A stretch of 64,000 nucleotides of DNA from Eledone cirrhosa (Eukaryota). The notes beneath the pieces are model-generated. The model was not told where the DNA came from. It did no database searches and was given only the letters and a program-made list of their open reading frames with translations. Positions 26,709-38,639 of this stretch are shown one piece after another. The stretch spans positions 12,586,001-12,650,000 of the forward strand of contig OZ024759.1 in NCBI GenBank assembly GCA_964016885.1, given 5' to 3'. The position numbers and the translations under genes were made by a program. Position 1 is the stretch's first letter. Every line of letters begins with the position of its first letter.

Positions 26709-27042
26709 TCATCATCATTTCATTTTACGTCCGCTTTTTTCCTGCTTGCAAGGGTGGGACGGGAACTGATTCTGGCTTGATTTCTACAGCTGGATGCCCT
26801 TCCTAACACCCAGCTCATTTACACGGAGTGCTGGGTGGTTTTTTTGCCGTGGCACCTCCACGACCACTTTGCAGTGGAATGATAGGGACTGGGGTCCATA
26901 TCATTTCTACAGCTGAGTAAACTGGAGCAATGGGAAATAAAGTGTCTTGCTCAAGGAAACAACACATCACCCGGTCTGAGAATTGAACTCACAACCTTTT
27001 GATTGCAAGGCCAATGCTCTAACCACTAAGCCATGTGCCTCC
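26709..27042 (-). mobile_element. tRNA-derived SINE family B with RTE-type tail (other copies 35773-36111 -, 54275-54610 +, 54693-55009 -, 60670-60970 -, 30442-30623)
   Basis: Head ggaggcacatggcttagtggttagagc...gtgagttcaattc (A and B boxes), core ccttgagcaagacacttta, tail gttaggaagggcatcc...(gat)n. Confidence 0.85.
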
Positions 27043-27995
27043 ATGGAGGCATATATATATATATATTATATATAGCTATGTGCGCCTACATTCTTTACTA
27101 ATTATTCCCTGTGATTGTTTCATGTATTTATTTTATATATCATCATCATCATCTTCGTTTAACGTCTATTTTCCGCGCTAGATGTCAACCTATTTCTAGT
27201 TGATATTGTGCCTAAAGTAGAAACAATTATATATATATATTATATATAGTTATGTAATAAACAACATAAGGCAATTATTCCATTTACCAGTGGTTTCAAT
27301 CATCAGAATGATGATTGAAAGCAAAATTTTTTGCTTTTAAGAAACCACTGGTAAATTGAATAATTGCCTTAGGTTGTTTATTACATAACTATTATGCTCT
27401 GTTACCTACATAGAGCACTCTTTTTTCCTGGACTTTTCCGACGGAATTACTTCATTTATATTATATATATACAGTTCTATATTATATATATAATCATCAT
27501 CATCATCATCATCATCATCGTTTAACGTCTGTGTTCCACGCTTGCATGGGTTTGGACGGAGGGTTTTCCCACTTGAGGCAAGAGTGGTTATCTTGCTCGC
27601 ATAGGACTATCTGGCGGGTTTTCCACAGCTGGATGCCCTTCCTAACACCAACCACATTTACAGTGTGGGGCTGGGAGGTTTTTACCGTGTTGCCTACACG
27701 GCCACATTACAGCGTGAACTGTGTGTTTTTTTGACGTGACACCTACACGATCTCATTTGTTTAGGTGTCACGTCAAAAAAACACACAGTTCACGCTGTAA
27801 TGTGGCCGTGTAGGCCTGGATGTTGTGGCACCAACATAACTTTACATTGAAAGGGGCGGTGTGGCTGGGGTGGGGTGGGTGGGACGGGGGTGTATTTTGT
27901 TAGAGATGCCTACTGACTGTAGTAGGTTTTACTTTGTATTTAGGTAAGGCGGGTCTATATATATATACAATATATATATTTGCTTTGTTTTCCAG

Positions 27996-28108
27996 ATTAT
28001 GTCAGACACAGATGTCGTTTTATGGTGGAAACGTTGACTACAACAGTTTTCTCAAACATCTTGGCATCAGTCTGGATATTTCTAATTCCTGCTCCAGTTC
28101 CTCAGATG
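27996..28108 (+). CDS. EFCAB6: EFCAB6-like exon 6
   Basis: ttttccag acceptor, g|gtaaat donor. Encodes KLCQTQMSFYGGNVDYNSFLKHLGISLDISNSCSSSSD. Phase 2 to 1. Confidence 0.9.
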
Positions 28109-28619
28109 GTAAATGTCTTTAATTTTCCCATCTCCTCCTCCTCCTCTGCAAATGTTCCAATTCAAAATGTTTAATACTTCATCATCATCATCGTTTAACG
28201 TCCATCTTCCACGCTAGCATGGGTTAGATGGGAGTTGTCCCATTTGAGGCAAGATTGGTCGGGTGACCGTGTCTCGCTCGTATAGGACTGTCTGGCAGGT
28301 TTTCTACAGCTGGATGCCCTTCCTATCACCAACCACATTTACAGTGTGGAACTGGGAGGTTTTCACCATGTTACCTACACGGCCTGTTTCCAGTTTTGGT
28401 ACAAGGCCAGCAATTACCCCAGTGCATTACTGGTACTTTATTTTATCGACTCCATAAGGATGAAAGGCAAAGTTAACCTCGCCGGGATTTGAACTCAGAC
28501 CGTAAAGGGCCGTAACTCCATGCTGCAAAGCATAGTATCTGACCCTCTATTGATACTGCCAATCCACCACCCATTTATCAATAATATTATTGCTATTACC
28601 ACTATTATATATATATATA

Positions 28620-28990
28620 TCTTAGTGTTAGGTTCTTCCACGCCTTTTGGGGCATCGAGCAGTGACTCATCGGCAAGGATCACGATCAGTGGCGGCTTCT
28701 TCGCACCCGTGCCAAGTGATGTTGGCCGCCATCAGGTCTTTTTGGAATACTCATCGCCAGGTGATCCTGGGGCAACCCTGCTTCCATTTGGCGCCAGGTG
28801 GAGTCCAGTTCATTGCTGTTTTCGAGTGTCGTTCATATGGCCAGCTAGGCGGTACCAGGGCTCAATAATCAGCCTCTGCAGTGTCCACGACACGGCTCTC
28901 CGTAGGATTTCCTCCTTTCGCACTTGGTCGCTCCAGGACACACAAAGAATCCTTCACAGACACCACTAGTGGAATGAGTTCAGCTGTCTC
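28620..28990 (-). mobile_element. Degenerate RTE-like LINE 3' fragment
   Basis: Reverse strand reads GAKWKQGCPRITWR*VFQKDL, resembling the GRPRxTW C-terminal motif. Confidence 0.5.
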
Positions 28991-29087
28991 TCTATCTTTG
29001 CTGAGCTCTTCCAGGTTTCACTTGCGTAAAGCACTGTCGGCAGCACAATGCTCTTGTAGAGGCACATACATACATAAATACATACCT

Positions 29088-30407
29088 GTGCCACACAAAA
29101 GGCTTATGGCAAAACTCTCTGCAATGGGTGTGAGAGATGAGCTTTTAAACTGGTTGAAGTCCTTCATTCTCAGTCGAAGAAAGGTAGTCATGGTTCTGGG
29201 ACAGCATTCCTCACCACATGAGATGTCATCTGGTGTACCACAGGGATCTGTTCTTGGCCCCCTTTTGTTTGTGGCATATATTAATGACATAGATGCCAAC
29301 TTAAAGAATGCCACAGTACTAAAGTACGCAGACGACATCAAGCTGTACCTTGAGATAAAAAGGACAGATCCTGAACACTATAGATCTTGCTTACAGTCTG
29401 ACCTGGACACAATGCAACATTGGATCTCAGACTGGCAACTCAAGCTAGCTGTTGACAAGTGCACCACCATGTATTTTGGGAGTAAAAACCCAGCATCCAC
29501 AGCACTCCCTCCACAGCACTAACATCAAGAAGTCTTCTTGTGAACGTGACCTGGGCATTACGGTCAGCAGCGATTTGCTTTGGACGAAGCACGTCTCTAA
29601 AATTGTCAAGAGGGCGGAGGGTGTCTTAGCATCACTCAGCAAGACCTTTGTCAGCCGCTCTCCAACTATCTATTTAAGGCTGTACATGGCTATGGTGCGG
29701 CCACACTTAGAATTTGCATCACCAGTCTGGAACCCCTATCTTACTCAGAACATTGACCTCCTGGAAACTGTTCAGAGACGTGCAACCAAGCGAATACCCT
29801 CCATCAGGCATCTACCATACTCTGAACGCCTTGCTTCCTTGGGCAAGGATACATTGAAGCTCCGACGCCTGGCAACTGACTTGGTAAACACCCACAAAAT
29901 TGTTAACCATCTTGCCAACAACAACCCTGAGTACCTTTTTGATTTCCATGTGTCTAACACACGTGGACATGCCCACAAAGTAAGAAAACAGCACAGTTCC
30001 CATGACTTTCGGAAACATTTTTTCACGCTCAGAGTTGCTGAAGCATGGAAAAAACTACCTGCATCAGTTGTTAGCTGTCGAGACTCTGCATCCTTTAAAA
30101 CCTCCATGGCACAAACTACCTGCATCAGTTGTTAGCTGTCGAGACACTACATCCTTTAAAACCTCTATGGAACAAACTACCTGCATCAGTTGTTAGCTGT
30201 CGAGACTCTGCATCCTTTAAGGCCTCCATGCTTCCTGAGATTAGCCAACACTACACCTAATGTTCCCCCTCCACACACATGCACACATGTATATCATGAC
30301 TCATACACTGTTCACTTCCCTGACATTGTATATTATTCTATGTACTATACATGCACCTTTGACGAGTTGTAGTGCACCTGAGCACTTTACACAATAATTT
30401 CATTATT
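29088..30407 (+). mobile_element. CR1-clade LINE, 5'-truncated (RT C-half and 3' UTR)
   Basis: VPHKRLMAKL...SGVPQGSVLGPLLF..YINDI...YADDIKLY, then after a frameshift near 29500 LYMAMVRPHLEFASPVWNP...ETVQRRATK...RKHFFTLRV. A roughly 58-bp unit is triplicated at 30050-30228. Confidence 0.92.
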
Positions 30408-30653
30408 TATATTATATATATATAGATACACATATATATATGGAGGCACATGGCTTAGTGGTTAGAACATTGAGCTTGCAATCGAAAGGTTGTGAGTTCA
30501 ATTCTCAGTCCCTATCATCTCATTTCTACAGCTGAGTAAACTGGAGCAATGTGAAATAAAGTGTCTTGCTCAAGGAAACAACACATCACCCGGTCTGAGA
30601 ATTGAACTCACAACCTTTCGATTAAATGGATACTATCTTTATAAAACCATATT

Positions 30654-30714
30654 TATTTTATTATATATATTTCAAGGGTACCAAAATTTTTGTATGCCTT
30701 CATCAGATAAAATA
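30654..30714 (-). ncRNA. Type I hammerhead, left arm of fold-back
   Basis: Reverse complement reads TATTTTAT-CTGATGA-helix II-GAAA-TATATAT-A-ATAAAATA. Confidence 0.65.
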
Positions 30715-30788
30715 CAAAAGTTGTTTTACAGATAGTGACATATTCAAAACTAGAACTTAACATTTTGAGTTCTGTAAAACAACTTTTG

Positions 30789-30849
30789 TATTTTATCTGA
30801 TGAGAGCGTACAAAAATTTTGGTACCCTTGAAATATATATAATAAAATA
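30789..30849 (+). ncRNA. Type I hammerhead, right arm of fold-back
   Basis: TATTTTAT-CTGATGA-GAGCGTAC...GTACCCTT-GAAA-TATATAT-A-ATAAAATA. Confidence 0.7.
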
Positions 30850-31254
30850 AATATGGTTTTATAAAGATAGTTTCCATTTACTAATATCATTGATATTATA
30901 CTCCAGAAGAAATTCTATTGAGTGCTTCTAATCTGTTATAAACTAAATTTGTTGAATACTCAACAAATTAAATAACTCATTGCTTATATATATATATATA
31001 TATATATAAACTACATTTTTTTAATTGTAAATTGACCTATTATGAGCGTTTCACAGAAGATTGGCTCAAGGTTACCCATAGAAGTTATGGACCTAACTCC
31101 ATTATCGATCCAGTGATTCAACAAAAGATACAGTGTTTGTTAAGTGACAAGTCTGAAGGGCAGATCAATAATGGGTGACTTTGTATCAATTATTTGAGAA
31201 ACATGTGTAACAGGTTGATACACAATAGAAAACAATTGCAGGTCTTCTATCAGG

Positions 31255-31625
31255 CGGATCGAGTCCAGCTTGGACCAACACCACCTCGCCTGTCTACACT
31301 CCGCTTCTCAGCCCAACAGCGGCGTGTAGCTCAATTCGGTGCACTCCTCATCAACCGGTGCCCTACTTGATGATGAGTGCATGCGCATCGGAGTAGCCCA
31401 GCGTGTTGGCCTCCGTGTGTGTGTGCTACATAAATGCTGCTGTGGGGCGGTTGTTGACAAGTTCGCCCTGCACCCTCTGTCCTGCTGCCAGAGCGCAGGC
31501 TGGTTACCCCGACACACTGCCCTCAACAAGGTATTGAGAAGAAGCCTGGATGCAGCTGGCTCTCCACCCCAACTGGAACCAGCAAGGCTACACCGCGGAG
31601 ATGGCAAGCGCTCCGACGGAATCTT
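31255..31625 (+). mobile_element. CRE-like (RLE-type) non-LTR retrotransposon fragment
   Basis: LLDDECMRIGVAQRVGLRVC..HKCCCGAVVD..LHPLSC....RHTALNKVLRRSL.....LEP..L.RGDGKRSDGI: a CCHC knuckle plus the start of a restriction-like endonuclease. Confidence 0.75.
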
Positions 31626-32718
31626 TCTTTCTCTCTTTTAATTTTTTTTTTATATTTCCCTATTCTTTCTTTCCTTGTGTTTCCCCTTTTTTTATTTTTT
31701 CTTACTTCGTTCTTTTGCTTTTGAATAAATTTATAAAAAACTAACTACATGTAAATGAAACTTCATAGTTTTCCTTAATATACACACTCTGTTTATGCAT
31801 TGAGTGCTTACTTTGGTACCACCACCAGTAATTCACTGACTCACATGCACTACATATATACATACCTGTCGTTGCCAGACACACCTTTTGCCACTGTAAT
31901 TAAATAACCCCCCGCCCCCTCTCCTCAACACGGCCATCTTTAGCCCCAGAATTCTGCTATTTTAGGGGAGAAAAAGATTTAAACTATATGTTGACATGCT
32001 TTGAACAAAATTGGATGGAAACTGAAAATGCATCTGCTGCATACAGACAGATAGACATTTTCTTTTTCATATATAGATATAGATGTATAACAAAATACTG
32101 GTGTGTATGAATGTAACAGGAGACGATTGGTTTGTGTATAATATTTAATAAACAATTTGTGGATATATAGAACAGTATAGTTGACATGTCAATGAATAGA
32201 TGAAAGAATGAAGCAAAGTTATTAGTTACCGTTTTGGTTGAAGACGGCTGGCGAAGGCCAGAAGGCGAAAAGGCAAATGAGAGATAGGGTTCTACTTCCT
32301 GTCTAGAGATCGTTAATCTATTTCAAGGGAGGCAACTCCTGCTACATTACCTCGCGCCAGATTTTTAAAATATAAAAATCGAATGAAATATGTATGCAGT
32401 AAGTTGGCGAGAATGTTGTAACAGGCATGAAAATTATGAAAAAAAATAATGTTTGCAAATATCAATGATGGATATCAAGGTAGCCAACCGCTCTTGGCCA
32501 GAGAACGACTGGACATCTATCTATCCTCTTGCTACAGATGAATTTTCCATGCTTTCCTGGGCTGGACAGAAGGTTTTGTGGCAATGTTTTACAGCCAGAC
32601 ACCTTTCCTGACTCCAAACCTTTTAGTTGTTTCCTTAACCACGTACATGCTACAGTGCATAATAATTAATGTATAATATTTCAATGAATCAAATATTTTA
32701 AAAATCTAATCTTTGTAG

Positions 32719-32804
32719 CTCCAGTTTGGACTGCTTTCAAGCAGTCTTCTGTCGGTCGTCATACTGAGAAACTGGACTATCTAGAAATGTATTTACGGAA
32801 TCTG
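32719..32804 (+). CDS. EFCAB6: EFCAB6-like exon 7
   Basis: ctaatctttgtag acceptor, ctg|gtaata donor. Encodes APVWTAFKQSSVGRHTEKLDYLEMYLRNL. Phase 1 to 0 bridges exons 6 and 8 exactly. Confidence 0.85.
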
Positions 32805-33965
32805 GTAATATCTTATTTACAACATCTTTCTATTTTTATTTCTATATTTCTATATATATATATATATAAATGAAAAGTATAGAAATTATTGTGAGCAAGA
32901 AGCCAACAGTATTTCATAATATATATATATATATATCTAGGGAGTGTAACTTGGAGTTACTGTAGGTTCACCCGAGTGAGCACTCGATGTTAGGTTCACT
33001 TCTATGTCGAGGTGTAGAGCTAAGCAGAGTGTATTATATATATATATATATAATTGTTTCTACTTTAGGCACAAGGCCAACAATTACCCAGTGTATTACT
33101 GGTACTTTATTTTATCGACCCCGTATATATATAATTGTTTCTACTTTAGGCACAAGGCCAGCAATTACCCAGTGTATTACTGGTACTTTATTTTATCGAC
33201 CCCGTAAGGATGAAAGGCAAAGTCAACCTCAGCGGGATTTGAACTCAGATCGTAAAGGGACGTAACTATGCTATAAAACATGGCGTCCGACCCTCTACCG
33301 ATACTGCCAATCCTCCGCCCTCATATGTATATATATATATAATACACTCTGTCTAGCTCTAAGGCGGTGGATTGGCAGTATCGGTAGAGGGCTGGACGCC
33401 ATGCTTTCTAGCATAGTTACGTCCCTTTACGATCTGAGTTCAAATCCCGCCGAGGTTAACTTTGCCTTTCATCCTTACGGGGTCGATAAAATAAAGTACC
33501 AGTAATGCACTGGGTAATTGCTGGCCTTGTGCCAAAAGTAGAAACAATTATATATATATTTATATATATATAAAGGAACGATCGACTTTTTTGTCAAATC
33601 GGACCGAGGGAACAATGTTTCCGTTGGTCTTTCCAATTGCTAATACTATCTATCGGTCGCAACTCCAGGTAGAAGGAGCAACGTGAAATAAAGTATATAT
33701 ATATATATATATATAATAAAGTATATATATATATATAATAAAGTATATATATATATATATAATAAAGTATATTATATAACAAAGGAAATGTGGTAAGGAA
33801 CCAGGTGGACCATAACGCACCAAAGTACTCAATACTTAGGGTAGTAGAGTGGGTAATAGGAGGAAGTATGACCCCGACGGCTGAGCTCAAGCCGTTTCGA
33901 CGGCTAATTCTGTCGAAATTAGCCGTCGAAACGGCTTGAGCTCAGCCGTCGGGGTCTTACTTGTT

Positions 33966-34018
<53 letters not shown>

Positions 34019-34248
34019 TAGGTAATTTCAAAAGAAAAGCAAATGAAAAAAAGAGTGCTCTATGTATAGAATAGAGCTATATAATTATAAAGTGAACAAC
34101 ACAAAATATAACTATTCATTACCAAAGGTTTCTGGAGTACAGACGATAATAATATATGTCTGACGACCGATCCAGACGTATATCATTATCGTCTGTGATC
34201 CAGAAACCTTTGGTAATGGAGTAATTATATTTTGTGTTGTTCACTTTC

Positions 34249-34280
<32 letters not shown>

Positions 34281-34321
34281 CGATAGTACACAAATGGAAA
34301 CTATATTTATAAAACCATATT

Positions 34322-34387
34322 TATTTCATTATACATATTTCAGGGATACCATATTAAAAATATGGCATGCCTTCGTCAGATAAAATA
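34322..34387 (-). ncRNA. Type I hammerhead, left arm of fold-back
   Basis: Reverse-complement copy of 34414-34479. Confidence 0.7.
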
Positions 34388-34413
34388 CAATATATAAAAC
34401 AGTTTATATATTG

Positions 34414-34479
34414 TATTTTATCTGACGAAGGCATGCCATATTTTTAATATGGTATCCCTGAAATATGTATAATGAAATA
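34414..34479 (+). ncRNA. Type I hammerhead ribozyme motif
   Basis: TATTTTAT-CTGACGA-AGGCATGCCATATT(TTT)AATATGGTATCCCT-GAAA-TATGTAT-A-ATGAAATA. Confidence 0.75.
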
Positions 34480-35313
34480 AATATGGTTTTATAAATATAG
34501 TTTCCATTTGTTTACTATTGTATATCTACTCCAAAAACTTGTTGAGTGCTTTATATCGGTTATAAAATATTTACTTGTTGTAACCCAACAATTTTAAATA
34601 AAACTTTTGCATATATATATATATATATATATATAAGTTGATGACACCAGCATGGGCTTCACTGCTAGTACCAGTTGCATCTCAGTGTACTCAATAGGTA
34701 ATGTAAAATTCCATCATAGGTACATAGTTATTCTCTTCAATACAACACACATAAATGGGTACCTTCAATCTATACCTGTACTCGAGTTTTGGCCACCCTT
34801 AATGCAGCAATATATATATATATATAGAAATAGCTCTTCAGGACTAGAACTGGATTTTTTCCTTTGAATGAAACAGTTCTAGTCCTGTAGAAGCCAATTC
34901 TATATTAAATCTTGTATATACTCTACTATGTATTGAGTATCTTACTTACTGTGGTTACCGCCATACAAATATATATATATATATATTATATATATATATA
35001 TACAATATATTAATAAATGGAAACTATATTTATAAAACCATAATTATTTTATTATATATATTTATATATTTCAAGGGCAACCAAACCAATCTTGGTGCGT
35101 TTTCATCAGATAAAATACAAAATTTGTTTTATAAATAGTGACATAACCATGGAAAACAACCTTGACGGTTGAAAATTCGCTGGATATATATATATATATA
35201 TATATAGGAACAAGTAAGACCCCGACGGCTGAGCTCAAGCCGTTTCGACGGCTAATTCTGTCGAAATTAGCCGTCGAAACGGCTTGAGCTCAGCCGTCGG
35301 GGTCTTACTTGTT

Positions 35314-35404
<91 letters not shown>

Positions 35405-35635
35405 TAGGTAATTTCAAAAGAAAAGCAAATGAAAAAAAGAGTGCTCTATGTATAGAACAGAGCTATTTAATTATAAAGTGAACAACACAAAATATAACTA
35501 CTCCATTACCAAAGGTTTCTGGATCACAGACGATAATAATATACGTCTGACGACCGATCCAGACGTATATCATTATCGTCTGTGATCCAGAAACCTTTGG
35601 TAATGGAGTAATTATATTTTGTGTTGTTCACTTTC

Positions 35636-35667
<32 letters not shown>

Positions 35668-36142
35668 CGATAGTACACAAATGGAAACTATATTTATAAA
35701 ACCATATTTATTTCATTATACATATTTCAGGGATACCATATTAAAAATATGGCATGCCTTCGTCAGATAAAATCATCATCATCATCATTTTACGTCCACT
35801 TTTCCCTGCTTGCAAGGGTGGGACGGGAACTGATTTTGGCTTGATTTCTACAGCTGGATGCCCTTCCTAACACCAACCTCATTTACAGTGAGTGCTGGGT
35901 GCTTTTTTTGCTGTGGCACCTCCATGACCACTTTGCAGTGGAATGATAGGGACGTCAGTCCCCATCATCTCATTTCTACAGCTGAGTAAACTGGAGCAAT
36001 GTGAAATAAAGTGTCTTGCTCAAGGAAACAACACATCACCCGGTCTGAGAATTGAACTCACAACCTTTCGATTGCAAGACCAATGCTCTAATCACTAAGC
36101 CATGTGCCTCCACATACAATATATAAAACAGTTTATATATTG

Positions 36143-36208
36143 TATTTTATCTGACGAAGGCATGCCATATTTTTAATATAGTATCCCTGAAATATGTATA
36201 ATGAAATA
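36143..36208 (+). ncRNA. Type I hammerhead (duplicate of 34414-34479)
   Basis: Same sequence within the tandem duplication, with one helix II substitution. Confidence 0.7.
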
Positions 36209-36686
36209 AATATAGTTTCCATTTGTTTACTATTGTATATCTACTCCAAAAACTTGTTGAGTGCTTTATATCGGTTATAAAATATTTACTTGTTGTAACC
36301 CAACAATTTTAAATAAAACTTTTGCATATATATATATATATATATATATAATAAGTTGATGAGACCAGCATGGGCTTCACTGCTAGTACCAGTTGCATCT
36401 CAGTGTACTCAATAGGTAATGTAAAATTCCATCATAGGTACATAGTTATTCGCTTCAATACAACACACATAAATGGGTACCTTCAATCTATACCTGTACT
36501 TGAGTTTTGGCCACCCTTAATGCAGCAATATATATATATATATAGAAATAGCTCTTCAGGACTAGAACTGGATTTTTTCCTTTGAATGAAACAGTTCTAG
36601 TCCTGTAGAAGCCATTTCTATATTAAATCTTGTATATACTCTACTATGTATTGAGTATCTTACTTACTGTGGTTACCGCCATACAA

Positions 36687-36717
<31 letters not shown>

Positions 36718-37067
36718 ATATACAATATATTAATAAATGGAAACTATATTTATAAAACCATAATTATTTTATTATATATATTTATATATTTCCAGGGCAA
36801 CCAAGCCAATCTTGGTGCGCTTTCATCAGATAAAATACAAAATTTGTTTTATAAATAGTGACATAACCATGGAAAACAACCTTGACGGTTGAAAATTCAC
36901 TGGATATATATATATATATATTGTTATACTTTGGGAGGGTCATGTTGCCAATAAGAAACACACGCACCAGTTGCTTTCACTTCAATTTATTATATATTTA
37001 TAAAGTTACAAATTTATAAATTTCTGGTTGGTTGGTTGGTTCCACAACCAGATAGTTGTTTTTATAT

Positions 37068-37112
37068 AGTCATAGTTCTTTCGTCACACACTTTGTGACC
37101 TCTTCAGTGACT
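37068..37112 (-). ncRNA. Minimal type I hammerhead, left arm of fold-back
   Basis: Exact reverse complement of 37200-37244. Confidence 0.7.
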
Positions 37113-37199
37113 GGGGATTCCTTTCTTTGTTTCTGTGCCTTGCCAAAATGGCGTAGGACAGAACAAAGGAGAGGCACAGAAACAAAGAAAGGAATCCCC

Positions 37200-37244
37200 A
37201 GTCACTGAAGAGGTCACAAAGTGTGTGACGAAAGAACTATGACT
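37200..37244 (+). ncRNA. Minimal type I hammerhead ribozyme motif
   Basis: AGTCA-CTGAAGA-G-GTCACA(AAGTG)TGTGAC-GAAA-G-AA-C-TA-TGACT. Helices I and II are perfect; CUA triplet. Confidence 0.75.
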
Positions 37245-37448
37245 ATATATAAACAACTATCTGGTTGTGGAACCAACCAACCAACCAGAAATTTATTAAT
37301 TTGTAAATTTATAAATATATAATAAATTGAAGTGAAAGCAACTGGTGCGTGTGTTTCTTATTGGCAACATGACCCTCCCAAAGTATAACAATATCGGTTT
37401 CAACACACGATTTCAGATAAAGAATCTTGCTAAACAAATTCAGAAACG

Positions 37449-37500
<52 letters not shown>

Positions 37501-37632
37501 AGAGACATGTATCATAAGAGTGGAGGAGAGAACAAAATTGTGATACAGTATACTGGACGCTGATAGTGAAGTGAAGTGAAGTGTGCTCAATGCTTAGAGG
37601 TGCAGTGTTAAATATTAAAGAAAGATTAATAT

Positions 37633-38321
37633 TTAACCCTTTAATGTTCACACCGGCCAAAACCGGCCAGAATTCTCTACCTTTTTCCATTCAAACCAGC
37701 TGTAACTGGTCGCTCAAACTGATGTTACGGTATTCTCAAAATGAATACTTTCAAAATCTCATAGATTCGTTATTATGTGAGGTAAAGCCTTTACCATGAA
37801 AATATAATTGTTTCTACTTTAGGCACAAGGCCAGCAATAACCCAGTACATTACTGGTACTTTAGAGTAATGTAAATGTTATGTGAGATATTATGTGAGGT
37901 AAAGCCTTTACTGTGAAAATACAATAGTATATATAGAGTAATGTGAATGTTATGTGAGATATTATGTGAGGTAAAGTCTTTACCATGAAAATACAATAGT
38001 ATATATAGAGTACTGTGAATGTTATGTGAGATATTATGTGAGGTAAAGTCTTTACTGTGAAAATACAGTAGTATATATAGAGTAATGTAAATGTTATGTG
38101 AGATATTATGTGAGGTAAAGTCTTTACCATGAAAATATAATAGTATATATAGAGCAATGTGAATGTTATCTGAGATATTATGTGAGATAAAGCCTTAACC
38201 ATGAAAATATAATAGTATATATAGAGTAATGTAAATGTTATCTGAGATATTATGTGAGGTAAAGTCTTTACCATGAAAATATAATAGTATATATAGAGTA
38301 ATGTGAATACTAAAGGGTTAA
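37633..38321. mobile_element. TTAA-bounded piggyBac-like MITE with internal 72-bp tandem expansion
   Basis: TTAA-CCCTTTA...TAAAGGG-TTAA ends. An unexpanded copy lies at 49275-49490 and a partial inverted copy near 42371-42550. Confidence 0.7.
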
Positions 38322-38639
38322 CACTAAATTATTAATAACAGTATACTGTATTTGCCGGCCTATATTTTACGTTATATTTTGACGTTTATAGATATTTTTT
38401 GGACAACGTCCAATATTCGTGGTTTTTCACTCTTCGCGGATGCTCTAGGAACATAACCCCTCGCGAATACCGGAGCACAACTGTACAGACAGAATAAGTG
38501 TCTCAACAAAGGTGACGAAAACCAATGGTCCCTACCAAAATTATCTGTATGAAAGGGAAGACTGTTGGAGAGAGATGCAAAGCAATGTGGTCAGATTGAT
38601 AGATTCTTTTGAATCTATATATAAATTTCTGTGATTCTG

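Larger units (their letters stand above)
33856..36915. repeat. About 1.35-kb tandem segmental duplication; the second copy carries a SINE insertion
   Basis: About 33870-35190 is collinear with about 35218-36910 apart from the insertion at 35773-36111. Confidence 0.9.
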
